64,000 bases of DNA from Ascidiella aspersa (lineage: Eukaryota), in contig OZ004610.1 of assembly GCA_963924565.1 (NCBI GenBank), forward strand, positions 4,216,001 through 4,280,000, written 5' to 3'. A program made the translations under genes and the position numbers. Positions 49,823 through 63,400 of this stretch are shown here, piece by piece. Position 1 is the stretch's first letter. Each line of letters starts with the position of its first letter. Under the pieces are notes generated by a model, which did no database searches, was not told where the DNA came from, and saw only the letters and a program-made list of their open reading frames with translations.

Positions 49823-50078
49823 TACACCGAAAGATTTTGCAGATTACAGAATTGGTCGATCAATGATGCAAGCAAGGCAGGCTAGAGAAACAACTAGCCG
49901 GCAGTGAGGTTCGAACTCACGACCTCCGGCCATACCAGGACCGCTCTAATAGCAACTGAGCTTCACAGGCTTAAAAGGGAGCGAGTTCGAACCTCACGAC
50001 AGGCTAATTTTTTTCTAGCTTGTTTTGCTTGCATCATTGATCGACAGATTCCGTTAGTCTGCGATGACTTTCGGTGTA
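49823..50078. mobile_element. Head-to-head pair of tRNA-derived SINE-like copies
   Basis: Minus-strand 49970-49897 has an A-box-like AGCTCAGTTGC..AGAGC and a T-arm GTGAGTTCGAACCTCAC. The body repeats inverted at 49983-50078, and a related fragment lies at ~9790-9860. Confidence 0.75.
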
Positions 50079-50835
50079 CTAGTACGTAAGCCGTAATCGT
50101 TGGTCAAAGATATCTTTCATAAGGGCTAAATCACAGTAGTTACACACATATATGTGTGTGTAAACCAACTTAAATTGATCCATAGTAAAAGTACGTTTTT
50201 ATTTTGATGTTTGCAGGTAAGGTTTTTAACAGGAATCGGTGGAGGAACATTAGGCGACACCGTGCGAAGAATAATGAAATCTATTGGCACAGCTGGACTT
50301 TGGTCAAATTTTAGCTACAGGGGAAGACAGCACTCTGTCAGTATACATTGTGCAAAGTTATTTTAAGTAGGTTTTTGTTAATACTTTTTACCTACAAAGT
50401 TAAAGCTTGTGTGGTAATTTTGGTGATTAAAAAGAACCTTGTTGTTTTAGGAGGCTGTCATGCTCAGAACAAGGCAAATACTGTAATGGCCATTGAAAAG
50501 GAAGTGCAAGAATTTTTAAAGCATGCGCCATACAAGCCTGGCGGATCCTGTTACAAGGTTAAAAATTTTAATTTTTGAAGTCCGACTATTAAAATTTAAT
50601 TTTTTCAAATTTGATACTGTTAGTTGTAATACAGTTTTAAATATACTATTGCTTGATTTTGCAGAAAACTAAGTCTGCTTCGTCATCCAACAGTTCGTTT
50701 GAAACGGAAACATATCTCTCATCCTCTTCGGATTAGGGTATGTATAATCGCTGCGTATAATTTGCATTACCTTGAACTATAGTTTTGTTGAATATTGAAT
50801 ACGTGACTTCAAACGGTGCTGCCTATACTGTATAG

Positions 50836-51304
50836 CAGTGGTTCCCAAACTGTGGTACGCGAGAGGCTTTTAGGTGGTACGCGACTAACTTCAGCATACG
50901 TATAAATTTGCGAAAACTTACAACTTTTAAAACTTTAAGATTGGGTAATTTGTAATGTTGCGTTTTGGTTACCTTTAATTTGAGGTTTTACACGTTTATG
51001 ACGTAACACTTATCTTGTTCAAGATAATAAAACCCTAATTGTTAGCTGGTTTAGTATGCATGAACTGATAGCAGCAGTATAGTATTGTCGCTCGTATGCA
51101 TTGACCAGCTGTTTAATTTATGGCTTTTATGTCTATCTGGAATGACGTTTGTTAAACTTTAATACAGCTACATGCTCATTTTCTTATCTGTATGCTAAAA
51201 TAGTTATATTTTGAAATATTCTAGTCGGATGTTACTTAGGTGGTACATGGACACTGTACAAAAGCTCAAAATGGTACGCGAGAAAAAAAGTTTGGGAAAC
51301 ACTG
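50836..51304. mobile_element. hAT (Charlie-like) MITE, 469 bp
   Basis: TIR CAGTGGTTCCCAAACT / AGTTTGGGAAACACTG; perfect 8-bp TSD CTGTATAG; GGTACGCG subterminal motifs. Confidence 0.92.
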
Positions 51305-51629
51305 CTGTATAGGATGCCCAAAATAATGTGTTTTGTTTAGCTGTAATGTGCTGTGAAATTAATGGTGCTGCTTTAGTTATATTCAAATAATTTATGTTTT
51401 TTCATACAGACCTTCTTCGAAAGTGAAGCAGATTTCATTTTATGATTAATGTGCATTTGTTGATTGAAATAAAAAGAAGTTGGAACAAATCCAAAATTTT
51501 GTTTTGTAGTCGCCTTTTTTAACAGCGTCGGCAACTTAACTAGAGACAATTTTGAGACTTCTTGATTCACCCAAGGAAAGTTTATGACGGACTGTAGTAG
51601 CAGACACCCGTTTGCTTTTCCAATAGGCA

Positions 51630-52320
51630 ACATAAGAAATCAACGTTCAACGAACCTTCTTTTCAAATGTTACTTCTAAACGTTTATACAACCTATATTC
51701 GTTACGTTTGAAACTACGTATTAAAGTCGTAACTGGTTGTTCACAAAATCACGTCCGTACAACCTTTTAGCAAAACGTTAGGTAGCATAAGAAATCAACG
51801 TTTATACAACCTAAATTTATAACGTTTGAATCTACGTTTTAAAGTCGTAGCTGGTTGTTCACAAAATCACGTCCGTACAACCTTTTAACAAAACGTTTAG
51901 GTAGCATTAGAAATCAACGTTTATACAACCTAAATTTATAACGTTTGAATCTACGTTTTAAAGTCGTAGCTGGTTGTTCACAAAATCACGTCCGTACAAC
52001 CTTTTAGCAAAACGTTTAGGTAGCATAAGAAATCAACGTTTATACAACCTAAATTTATAACGTTTGAATCTACGTTTTAAAGTCGTAGCTGGTTGTTCAC
52101 AAAATCACGTCCGCACAACCTTATGTTTAAACGTTTAGGCAACCTAGAAGTCCAACGTTCAACGAACCTACTTTTCAAATGTTACATCTGAACGTTTATA
52201 CAACGTGTATTTCTAACGTTTTAATCTACGTTTTAAAGTCGTAGCTGGTTGTTCACAAAATCACGTCCGCACAACCTCATCTTTGAACGTTTTTGGTAGT
52301 TAGAAAAGTCTTAAAAAAAA
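51630..52320 (+). repeat. Right subterminal tandem array, 119-bp unit, ~5-6 copies
   Basis: gtagcat(a/t)agaaatcaacgtttatacaacc at 51782, 51901, 52020. Confidence 0.95.
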
Positions 52321-54410
52321 CGTTTAATAAACGTAATTTTGTTTGCTGGGTAATTGATGCTAAAGTTATCGCGTACGTATTCCACGCAGACACAAACAGT
52401 CATTTGTAACATTTTTGCAAACAGGTCATTACTTATATCGATTTAAAACTATTATTTCGATCAAATAGAAACTGCGCAAGAGAACTCTTGGAGGTGATGT
52501 AAAGTGATCACACTTAAAGTGTTAAATATTTCACCTAGATACTCATTTCCTTTCGTGGCCGTTCTGGCAAATTCAGCCGACATTTCGACTCTGCTAATCT
52601 CCATCGCAGTCGCTCTTGTGCTATATAGTGTCACGCTGCTGTTGGATAAAACACTACAGTCAACAGATGCATGCATTACTTGCGATACGTGTTTTTACTG
52701 CGCTGTAAGCTCTTTTATTGAAAGCGAACTATGCTGAATTATGTTACTTAAGGGTGTCGTTAGGTGTTAGGTAAAATGTCGCATTTGTAGCAACAAATAA
52801 ATAAACAGTAAACAGTAAGAAATACGGCATCGTAAAGCCTCAAAAAGCAAAAAATCCCTTGGTAAGTTGTTGTGCGCAAAATTTTCACGTATTTCCACCG
52901 TCCGCTGTTGGGTTAAACCAATTGGTTAAACAGGCGTGGTTGCCTGACACTGACTTGTAGAAACCGGCTGGGCAGGCTGAAATGAAAGAAAGTAGAGTTA
53001 GATACTCTGGTTAGACACGGAAAAGTTTATTTTTTTGTTCTTAGAGTTCGGTAAGACCAAAAAAAATAAAAAATTAAAACTAAAATAAATTAAAAAAAAT
53101 CGTTTTTTTTTTGCCAACAAGATGTAAGATTTGGATTTTTAGCATTTTTAACTTCAGCAACATACAAAATTTATGTTTAACTGTTTTTAAGGCTATGCCA
53201 TTGCATAGACAAAATGTAGACTTAGGTTTTTCGTTTGGGCGTAAAAAAATAAAAAAAAAAAGATTTATTTTTTGTTGTCTAATTATACTGAACGGATACA
53301 GATCAGATCCATTAGGACAGGTTTCCTCTTAAACTAAAGTATTTTTAAATCTCGAGGTGTCGCCGCAAACTGCTTGTATCTACGGGCGAGGCGATTTGAC
53401 TAGCCCGGGATGTAACCACAAGTAGCTCGTTTCACATCCCTAATCCACTTCTGGCGGTTTCGACATATGCCATTTCGTCGAAAACAGCATAAGTTACAAA
53501 ACGTAGACATATTTAGCCTGTTATGAATGAATACAACTTCCAGACACTCTTAAATCGGCCGGTGTTGGTTTTTAAAGGTTTAGGGCAAACAACGGGAAAG
53601 TTAGATCCTGTTCAGGTCGTCCAATCCCATTCCACATGGCTTACAGTTGTCGGTACACCCGCTAAGCCTTTCTGGTTTAAGTTGGAATTTCAAAGGCGCT
53701 GTCGTTTTCGCCTTGCTTTACATACGGTTTATTAGGAAGGATGTAATAACAGTAAAACACGTAGATTTAATTCGTTAAAAATACACATAGTAAAAACCCA
53801 GTCTCAGCAAGGGTATATGACGTCACAATGACCGTTGTTGTGATTAGGTTCTAGAGTTGCGAAACAATCAGCAGGCATTTTGCAAACTTGTACCAATTTG
53901 TAAGCCACACGGCGTAAAAAAACATAGCAACGTATACCATAGCAGTGTACGACTGTACTGTACGCCTACGCACATAACCTTTTAGTAACTGTTTGGAAAT
54001 GCGCAGGTTGTTTTATTGCGGCCACCCAACAAGTTAAGAGAACGGCTCCAGGTTAAAATCCCAAACGTAGACGTGACTTGACTGGCAACAATCGAACAGC
54101 CGGTCACGTTTTCTTTCTTAAACGGAGCCGGAAGACTTTTAGGGATGGTGCTAAATTAAACTAAATTAAAGAGTAGATCCCTGGCGAAATGGCTTTGTGT
54201 GTGTTTCAATGGCCGCGAGATATATTGGTGACAATTTGAGCTTTCTTATGTTGAAGGTGATGACAAATCTGACGAGTCGAATTATTGCGAAATACTAGTC
54301 TATGAAGTCAGCACGTTGGCATGTTTAACGCAATAGTTATGGCTTATGACATTGCTAAAATCACGATCATTGCAAAGAAAAGCATATCCTGTTAAACCTT
54401 AAATCAAGTA

Positions 54411-57400
54411 AAAAGAGTAAAAAAAAGAAAATAATTCAATTGAAAAAGGGCCATCTACGCACAAAATTAAGGGGCAAATTAAGGGTAAAAATCAAGTCGA
54501 AAATCCGCAAATTAATTTAAAAATCGCCCAATCAGACTGAAAATTGCCAAATCCTTCTAAAAAACTGCCAAAAATAGCCAAATCGGGCAAAAACAGGCCT
54601 CCAAATCTAGCTGGCGCCACAAAACCACGCAAGAGCCACTCCAATAGTACGAGGCGACGAATCTAATCAAATCCCGTTTACTTTCCCCAAGGGAACTGCG
54701 CTATTGCGGCTACTCGAAAACCGAGCGGGCAATTTGAGGAACTACAACCCCCTTTGAAGCCCCCGACCCTAGAAACAGCCCCAAGGGCCATTGGCGCGAT
54801 CTCAAAACGCGACAGCGGCATTTTAGCGATGGCGCAATCGCGATTTTCGAGTCGTAACGCGATTCGAGTCTTGTCGCGTCATTTTTGAAGGGCGCTTGAA
54901 ATTCCGAAAGGCGCCTTCCTTATGACACTGTTTCACATTTACTTCGGGAGAACCGCTGGCACTTCAGAGTTGCGCTAATGGCAAAATTGATTTGATTGAG
55001 CGGTTATAAATAGAGTAACTTGTAAATTAAAAATCATAAGTTGGAGAGGACACATTCACAATTTTTGTTTAATGTTTTTGCGAATCTTTGCTAAAAATGA
55101 ACCGTTTACGACCGTGAGATTATTTACAGTAAAATTAATGGAATTAATCCGCAATCAACGGATTTAAATAAAAAAATGCTCTAACTTTAACCTGTTTCTC
55201 GGTTTGCGCTAATACGGCAAATTAACAATTATTACGAATGTATTAGGTTAATATTAAACATAGTTTTGGTCTATTTAAAACATTTAGGTTTAAACCACCT
55301 TCTGCCTTTTTCAAGTAACATGACAGGAATGTTACTTTCAAAGTATCAAGTTTGCAACATCGATTTTAAGAGGAAACGAGAGCGGTTTTCTTCGCGGGTT
55401 CAAATTTCACCAAACTTCGCGCGTTTTGCTACTTCAAGGACCACTAACACCTGCGTGCTGGGTACCGCATGTAACACCGTGTGCTTTTCAAAGTCATACA
55501 AACACGTAGAAAGATGCAAAACTGTTGCAGCCAGTTGTTGGTTTCACGCATGGCGCGAAATACCGGTTTAAACCGGATTTAAGCAGCGGAAAGCGGTTTG
55601 GTGTCGAAACAAGTTTCATCCTGTCACGACCCAATGAAATACCACTTGTGTGTTCGCATGTAGATTGCAAGGCAGTCGAACATTAGATATCGTTTACAAG
55701 GGAGCTAAGAAACGCTGATATTTTATTGAAATGGCTTTGTCTGAGGTGTTTGCCTGCCCTGAACCGGCTAAGGTAAATAAAATAACGTGAGTTTTGGCAT
55801 TTTGGTGGTTTGGTATGACATTCAACAAAGGTGTTAACGCCACTAGTATGTTTTTCATAACTTTGGCAAATTTTTGCCGAAACTGCCTAGATTCGTTCCA
55901 ATCACCGGTTTAGGGATATCCAAAAACAAAAACATCTAAAAATTGGATATCTAAAGAAATATTTCGTCTTTATCTTACAGTTTGAAGTTTACTTTCTTTC
56001 TTTTTAATAACCTAGGCGAATTGTGCCACAATTAACTATCTAGCATGACGTTTACCTATAAATTTAATCAGGCGTTTTTTTCAAGGCTGTGTGGTAAAAT
56101 TCTGTCGCAAGTTCGACTCGATTTACAGCGAAATCAAATTGCAGCTTTTCACGCGACGTAATGAGCGCTCCAAACCGGTCATTTTCACACCGTTTCGCAA
56201 GTAAACGCCAGTTTACCAGAAAACTTGCCCGAAATTCGCGACAAACCTCGCCGCGGGCTGTCATTAGTTGTTAATCTGAAAGCGAAGCGACGAAAAGCCG
56301 TAAATTTCCCACAACTATATAGGGCTATACTGAATCACACACAAAACGATTGGGCAGAGATTTTTCACGAACTGTCAAAGTTTTATACGCGTTCCTTAGT
56401 TATTACCATTTAAATCGTGACAAAAAATCGCGCTGTTTTAACATATAAAACTTTTTTAAACCAATATTTTGCAGCCTTGTCATAAATTGCATCACAAATT
56501 TAGATGGTAATTAAAAAGCCGTGATTGCATTTAAAATGGTTTATTTTCCCGAATTAACGAAGTTTCGATCAAATTTATAAAACATTTATAAAAAAATGTG
56601 TTGGTATCCATTTGATTTAGTTTAAAAAATCACATTTTATCGATTCGTTATAACCAGGATAGGAATATTTTCGCCTGACACATAAATCGCTTTAGTGGTG
56701 TGGTCGATTTTTTTTGCGCCGTCATAGAAAAGCCGTGAAACGTATTTAAGGGCGCAGCATAATAATCGATTTTCACCGGCGATGAAGCGAGATTGGAAAG
56801 GCATATGCGCATTGGTCAGTTTGCATAGCGATATAAGCCCCCCATGACGCACATATTGGATCGATAAGACAATTAAAACGCTTGTGGCAAAATCACGCCT
56901 TCTGCTCATATAGAACGAAAGGCTTAAGGCGTGAATGATTTTCTGGTGCGCTTTTCATTTAAAACCGTCTCCCGTGTTTTTTAATAAAGCTGGCGGTGGT
57001 TTGAAAATAGCCGATTTTTGATATGGCTAATTATTAGAAGCATGATTGAATACCTAATGCAACTTCAAGTCAAAAATGATTTGAATTTCATAAAATACTG
57101 GTCTTGTAATTTGTTTTTTTATGGATGCCGATTAGAAGAGCGTAGTAAGGTTGGAAAAAACAAATTTTGGCCGTTAATTCGCAATTATATAGGAGCGTGA
57201 TTCTATTTCTAGCACTCTTTCAAATCAAAAACGTCCAGCGTAAATTCTAACAAGGTGGTGGTTATAAAATTGTCTTTTTTGGCCGTTAAGGCTATTTATA
57301 GTTTTCAAATTTGTCCAACGTGAATTCTGAACGCAATGTCGATTTAAAAATTTTTTGGGCCTTTTTTCGCGGTGGCCAATTAACCGGCAGGTGGTCGTCC

Positions 57401-60400
57401 ACACAACACCGTCTTGTTAAGACCGCATTTAAATACGTGGATTACACAACAAACGTGTGGGGGGAGGTTCTTTGTGCGCTTTAAGGGGATTTCACAATTA
57501 CGCGTTTGGTTTGGTTCCTTTGGGGACGATGTTTGAAGGGGCGAAATATTTTGGGCGATTAGAAAATTGGCTGCGACGGATTCTTTTTAAACACGTGTTT
57601 TTTTTTGCCAAATTGGTGACAATTTTTATTAACATTTTTTTATCCAAAAGCAAATAAGGTTTCGAATATCAAGATCGCTTATACCTAATGAGGTTCTAAA
57701 CAAAAAGTTAATTAAAATGGCGCCTTTTTAAAATATATAAAAAGCAAATCTATTTTCTTTTTATCTGTTGTCTCTTACTTTACTCAGCTGTGAAGCAAAA
57801 GAGAACCCTAAAATTTGCACGCTATTTTTACCAAACCAAAAATGCAGCAGTATCTCGTTCTGAACGAAATTAACACAGGCTACCTTGCCTTATATTGCAA
57901 TGCGATTTAACTATATAGCAAGGCAGAAAGAAACCAGCAATTTGGCAAATTCCTCAGATAACTGTTTGCCGTCCTCATAAAACGCACTGCGCGCGTTCGG
58001 TTTTATGAGAAAGTCAAACAGTTATCTGAGCAATTAGGAGCATTAAATTATGCGCACAATAAGCAACGTTAAGGCGCAAAAGTTATTTTCGGCTCAAAGT
58101 GTGTGTAATGGACTCCCAGCAATGCCTAGAAAGTGCCAATCAACGTGCTTGCCAGATGTGGCGAGATTGATTCGCAAAAATTCGACCGGTTTTGGCTGAA
58201 ATGCAATTAAATCCGGTTTCAAGTCGCACAACGTGCAAAAAGAGACCAAAATCGGTTTCTAAATTAGCCGAGAAAGACAAAACGGTGCCTTCGGGCGCCA
58301 AAATGTCAATTTTGCCATCTTAGTGAAAGTCTGAGCATGTATTAAGCAGCATTTGGCTCAAAATCGCAAGTCAATTCGGTTTAAGGTCACACAAAGTGCA
58401 GAGCAATTTAATCCGCTCGTAGCTAAATCAACACAGCGGCCAAATCGTCACGTTTCGACAAAAAAATCCGAGGTTTCCCAAACCGGATGAAAGCGGTTTA
58501 AGGTCAAATTAGACAGGTTTTTATACGAGGCAATCTTTAAACTATTTGTGACCCCATCACTAAAACAAAGCGAGAAAATTTGAGTTCAGATGAAAAAAAG
58601 ACAAATTAACATTGTTTGTGGTAGGTTTTTGGTAAAATTGAATGCATTATTATCAGATTTTATACTTTATATAGGCAGTAAAAAGTATTTTTTAAACTGG
58701 GTGTTTTAAAAAAAGCAAAACAGTGCTTTAAAATTTGCGTTCAGCAAAATATAAGAAGATTTCTAGAAGGCTGCAAAGCACTAACATCACTTTAAACGCA
58801 TAATTTTTTAACTCTTGGCTCGAATAACTTGACAGAAATAAAAACTTAACGCAAATCACGGTTATCGCAGCCCAAACAATAACACAGGGCCCTAATCTTC
58901 GCACTTAACCTTTACAAAAAGGGCGGCCAAGTTGCCTGAGGTCTACGGTTATATCAGGACAGAGCTCACATGCAGAGTGCGATAATTAACACCAGCAATA
59001 ATCCGCTCCTGTTTACTTCGCATCCCGAGCGTCCTACATCACTGTCAGAGGCCCGAGCTCTGTTATTTAATGTCACTCGTTCTACCGTCATTGCGCGGGC
59101 CAATTAGCCGCCCTTCTTAAGCTTGGCAGGCGGCTTGCGTTACGTCACAATGCCTTCGTTGGGGCACCTCAATGTGACGTCACAGCGGAATTCGCGCCGC
59201 GAAAAGAGCTCCCCTTAAAAGCGTGTTTTTTGTGTCCAAGAATTTGTGGCTTGTATTTTTAATGGCTTAAAAAAACATATGGACTGTCCTTATGATAGCA
59301 AACCCTATAGGGAATGAACATGAGCAACTGCAATTTGAATTTTGAAATTAAAGATCTGTAGTGGAATTTTTTTAATTGTAAAAGTATCTGTATTGGGCAT
59401 TTTCAAACTAAAGAAAATCATCCCAGTTTGGCCTTTTTTTAAGTAAATTGAGCAGTTGCAATTTGAATTAGTCAAAACAAATAAAGAGCTACTGGATTTG
59501 GTATTTTCGACGCTTACTGAAAACGCTGACAGTTGCAAGTTTCAGAATCTAATCCGTTCGACATTTACAGCCAAGGTTTCCTGCAACTTTATCCTGGCGA
59601 CACAATAAACAACTACCGTTTGACGCAAATCAATCAAGGCTTATACAATTGACCGGGTCGCCTGCAAACCGCAAAAAGACACAGAAAGCAGTGATTTAAC
59701 TACAGACTGAACATATGTGAGACAAGGAAACTAGAAGGTTTCCAAGAAAAACGATAAAAAGGTGTTAAAACTTAAAATCTTGTTGTAAGTAAAAGGACAC
59801 AGTAAGAATATCAAAGCCCAAATAGAAGTATGTAGCATTTTGAAAGTTTCATATATCTTTTTATTTATTTTCAATATCATTTTGAACGTCGTTCACAAAA
59901 TACTACCTAATACAAGCAAAGAGAAGATTTATAACCCGAATCATGATTTTCTAAATAGTCCCAGTTGAAAAAAACAGCACCGTAAAATATATCGCCATGA
60001 AAAGTACCCCTTTGAAAAACTTCCCACACTATAAATCCGACCCCGTTAAACTCTCGTCGTCATATTTTGCGATAAAATCTCTATTTGCCCATGCGTACAA
60101 TGAAATTCTTGCGTCGAACGACAAAGCAGGATATAAAACGAGCTTACGCACACCTAAGCGTGTCTAAAACGTCCATCAAAACTGGTGAGGCAAATATGAA
60201 TCTGGGACAACCAAATTTGCCAAGCTGGGATAGCCCAGTCAAAAAGGGTACAATAGGATGCTATAACCTATGAGTGTTATGTAATGGCAAAGTTTGCTTC
60301 AGTGGACAGTGTCTAAATATTAAAATTAAATTCAAAACTGGCTTTTTTTATTGTTAGTATTTTTATTATTAGCAAGTTATAACCGAATACTGGTTAGATA

Positions 60401-63400
60401 TCCTAAATAACGTTTAATACAGTAAAAATTAAATTACAGCACAACAAAGCTGTATTCTAAAACCATTGTTTCGTTCCACAATTAATACAATGATTTTCAT
60501 TTGTTTGTATAATAAAGAAAAACACATTTAAACCCTGATAGCTGTCCTTATTTGATACTCAAAAAAATGTCGCAATATGTATAAGACTGTGGGCAAGCCT
60601 ATACGTTCGCTACACCCTGTATGCGAAGACGGCGTTATTGGCGCATTTCGAACGTCAATATTTGCCCTTGGCTATCGTAATTGCAAATTGGAAAGCAATA
60701 TGTGGGCCGCCAAAGCCACTAATCGGCTAGATTGCAAAGCCAGTTTGAAAGCGCAAGCCTCCATTTTATCAAAGCCTTTACCACCAGGTTTTGATGGCAG
60801 ATTAAATGTAGACAACTTTTTCAGTAAATTTTTGAAACTCTGTGATACCCGGTTATTAACCTTTGTACGCTTTATAAGTTTATCCAGATCGAATGGCTGC
60901 CTTAAAAGCAGATCCTTTTTAACCTTGTTTACATTCCACATTTTTGAGCGATACCAAATGAAAAACACGATCCCCAAAACACAAGTCGGATTCTACAAAG
61001 TGGCCATGTAAATTGACCAACTGAGCGGATAAAAGAGCGATTTAAAAGGCTTATTTTGGGAAAGTAATGAGCCTTATCTAATTGCGTGTGAAGCAGCTCA
61101 GAGCAATAACCACCGTTGTTTGCTGAAGATAACGTTAGTAGGAACCGACAGTGACTAGCACCGCCTATGTGTGTACTGTACACCTGTCCTACACCTTTAT
61201 GACAAGGGTGTGTAATGTACAAATGGTTCCCATCTCGCGCCCTGTATTGAAAACTATTTTTACCCTGTATTTGAAAACTATTTTCGAACCCTGCGGCGTG
61301 ACCTTGCGCTTTTGTGCTGAAATTTAATTGCATTTGAGAGTTCTTCCGATTTCACATTGTGTAAAATGTAAGCTGTAAATCTTCTGCCAAAAATGTATTT
61401 TATGGGACCTAACAGCTCAATAACTTTGAAATCGGCAAATATGAAATTTATTAAGTCAAGAAATCGGCTACTACTGTAAAGGTTCATTTTAAGTCGGGCC
61501 CAAAGTGAACAAAAACGCTCTTGTTAATCGAATTTCGAGATTTTCTTAAGGTTTTTTGATCCTCCGGCCAAAAAGCAGTCAGTTCAAATTCGGATTAATG
61601 ACAAAAGCAAAAAAGGTCAAACCACAGCCCAAAACTCAAAATTGCCCTCAAAACATACCCTTGGTCGAAAAACAACCCCATAAAACAAAAAGCAAGCAAA
61701 AAAACGCCCGAAATCAAATTACCTTGGCATGCATGCTGTTGCTTCTCTGTTTGGTTGGTAGCCTGCCCTGCATTGGCACGATCCGGTGGGCACGGTCCAC
61801 TCGCCGTTACTGTTGCAGCGGTACATGGGTACTGTGGGTGAAATTGGGGTTAATTTATGTTTCAGCATGAATGCCTTGCCTCGTTTTTTGTGGTTGTGAG
61901 AAATGGATTTCTCGTACAGGAATTTTGGTAGTTTTAGCCATACGGTTTCAATTAACATTCTATTTATCAAGAGTTCTAACACAGATACATAAATTCATAC
62001 TTTTGTAAAGTCAGTTTGGCTAACTTTCATCAAGCCACAATTTAATTGGCTTTATCCAACAAATTGCAAAATGGGAAAATCTAAATGATGAAAATTTAGA
62101 CGGAATTTAATACTTTTTGCAAAGGTATTAGGAAGTTTGTTTGCAAATAATTTTTTTTAGCGAGTGTAAAAACACATCTAACTGTATACACAGTTATACA
62201 CAGCGTTTTGTACAACTTAATAGTTTAAACCAGAATCAATTGAAAAAAAGTTGCGGATCATATACCAATTAACAAACTGTTTTGTTCAAAATTAAACACT
62301 CACCTATATTGTTGACGTAGACCGCATTGGACACACACTTTCCATCGACGGGAACAAGTGACGCCACTTCACCACCGGCCACGGTTTTGGGGAAATATGC
62401 CAGATTGTGGGTTGTTTCGGGGCAGTAGTGGAAATACAGTTTCATGCTCATTATCGACATACAGGCGCCTTGGTCTTGGATAGCCATGTAGAAACCGCGC
62501 CTATTGAAAGATATTAATTCTGAGGATTATAATTTTAATCGCACATATAGGCTACCAGTACCACTGACGGAGTTTTTCTTTCATTACTAACATATTGTTG
62601 GCAGGCGTGTCGTCAAGTCCCTTAAGGCTCACAGGAAAAATCGGTAATCAGCAGCTATTTTTAGAAGTGACGTTATTCGACAAACCACCACCACCTTGTG
62701 TAGAATGCATTTTATAAAGCAACATATTGCAATCACAACTTTACACTGCCCAAAAGCTTACACTGACATTATACACTAAAACAAGGTAAACTGACAATAA
62801 AATATCACAATTTTTCGCTTTTTAAATGCAAAAAATATCAATAAGAAAACTCTTAAACGTATTTTCTAGAGACCCTTATTTATTTACCCAGAAACCAGGC
62901 CCCACACGCACCTCTTTAGGGGTCCAATCTCCAGGGTCTTCTTGTTAACCCCTCCAGGTCCGCTATTAGAGTCATCAAACCGTTCGCCAGCGGCCACAGT
63001 ATCCACCTTAATGTACGGTTTTTCCATCCAAGGGGGGAAAGTGGAGGAGGCCACATTAGAATCCGAAGGGTAATAGTAGATGCTGAAGGTCTCGCGGCAT
63101 TCGCTGCACTTCATCACTGAGAACTCGATGTCTATGTAAACTCGCTGCGCCGATCTGAACGAATTGATTAGGTCAAGTTGTGAGGGCTTTAAGGTGTTTT
63201 AGTTACAGCTAAAAAAAAGTAGCAAAGGATCTACTAAAACTGGTGTTATTGTTTTAGTGTTCCGATAAAACCCTCTTTGTAGACGTCACTATAGCTAGTT
63301 ATTTTGAGTAGAACATGGAAACCATTTAACAGTCGCTTTATTTGAAATAAGCGCCATTGTTTTAAAGTTCCAAAAAAATAAACGTTATCAAAGTCCGTAC

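Larger units (their letters stand above)
34387..50736 (+). pseudogene. EnSpm accessory gene, DUF4806-like; 9 exons (34387-34476, 34696-34801, 35131-35250, 48133-48177, 48852-48911, 49585-49772, 50217-50366, 50451-50557, 50665-50736)
   Basis: Phase-compatible GT-AG exons: MELPFSVVEFIEEGSVDIVPSTW...YWP...PDPNWKLFNVRIF...ETSNLES...coiled coil...FLTGIGGGTLGDTVRRIM...WSNFSYRGR...EFLKHAP. One frameshift in exon 7; intron 3 holds the hAT element. The DUF4806 label is from motif recall, not a search. Confidence 0.82.
27754..52350 (+). mobile_element. CACTA/EnSpm (CMC)-type DNA transposon, non-autonomous, with nested insertions
   Basis: TA|CCCAGCAAACA ... TGTTTGCTGGG|TA (11-bp TIR, 2-bp TSD); AACGTT-rich subterminal tandem arrays at both ends; EnSpm-like transposase remnant plus a spliced accessory gene. 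Confidence 0.9.

Noticed and set aside
49897-49970. Functional tRNA gene
   Set aside because: Acceptor and anticodon stems are imperfect and it is fused to a dispersed repeat body; better read as a SINE head.
52535-52676. Minus-strand ORF (MEISRVEMSAEF...) with a TATA-like word and a phase-1 GT, as an alternative Eph exon
   Set aside because: No signal peptide or Eph similarity and a weak donor; a convincing exon 1 exists at 20556-20631.
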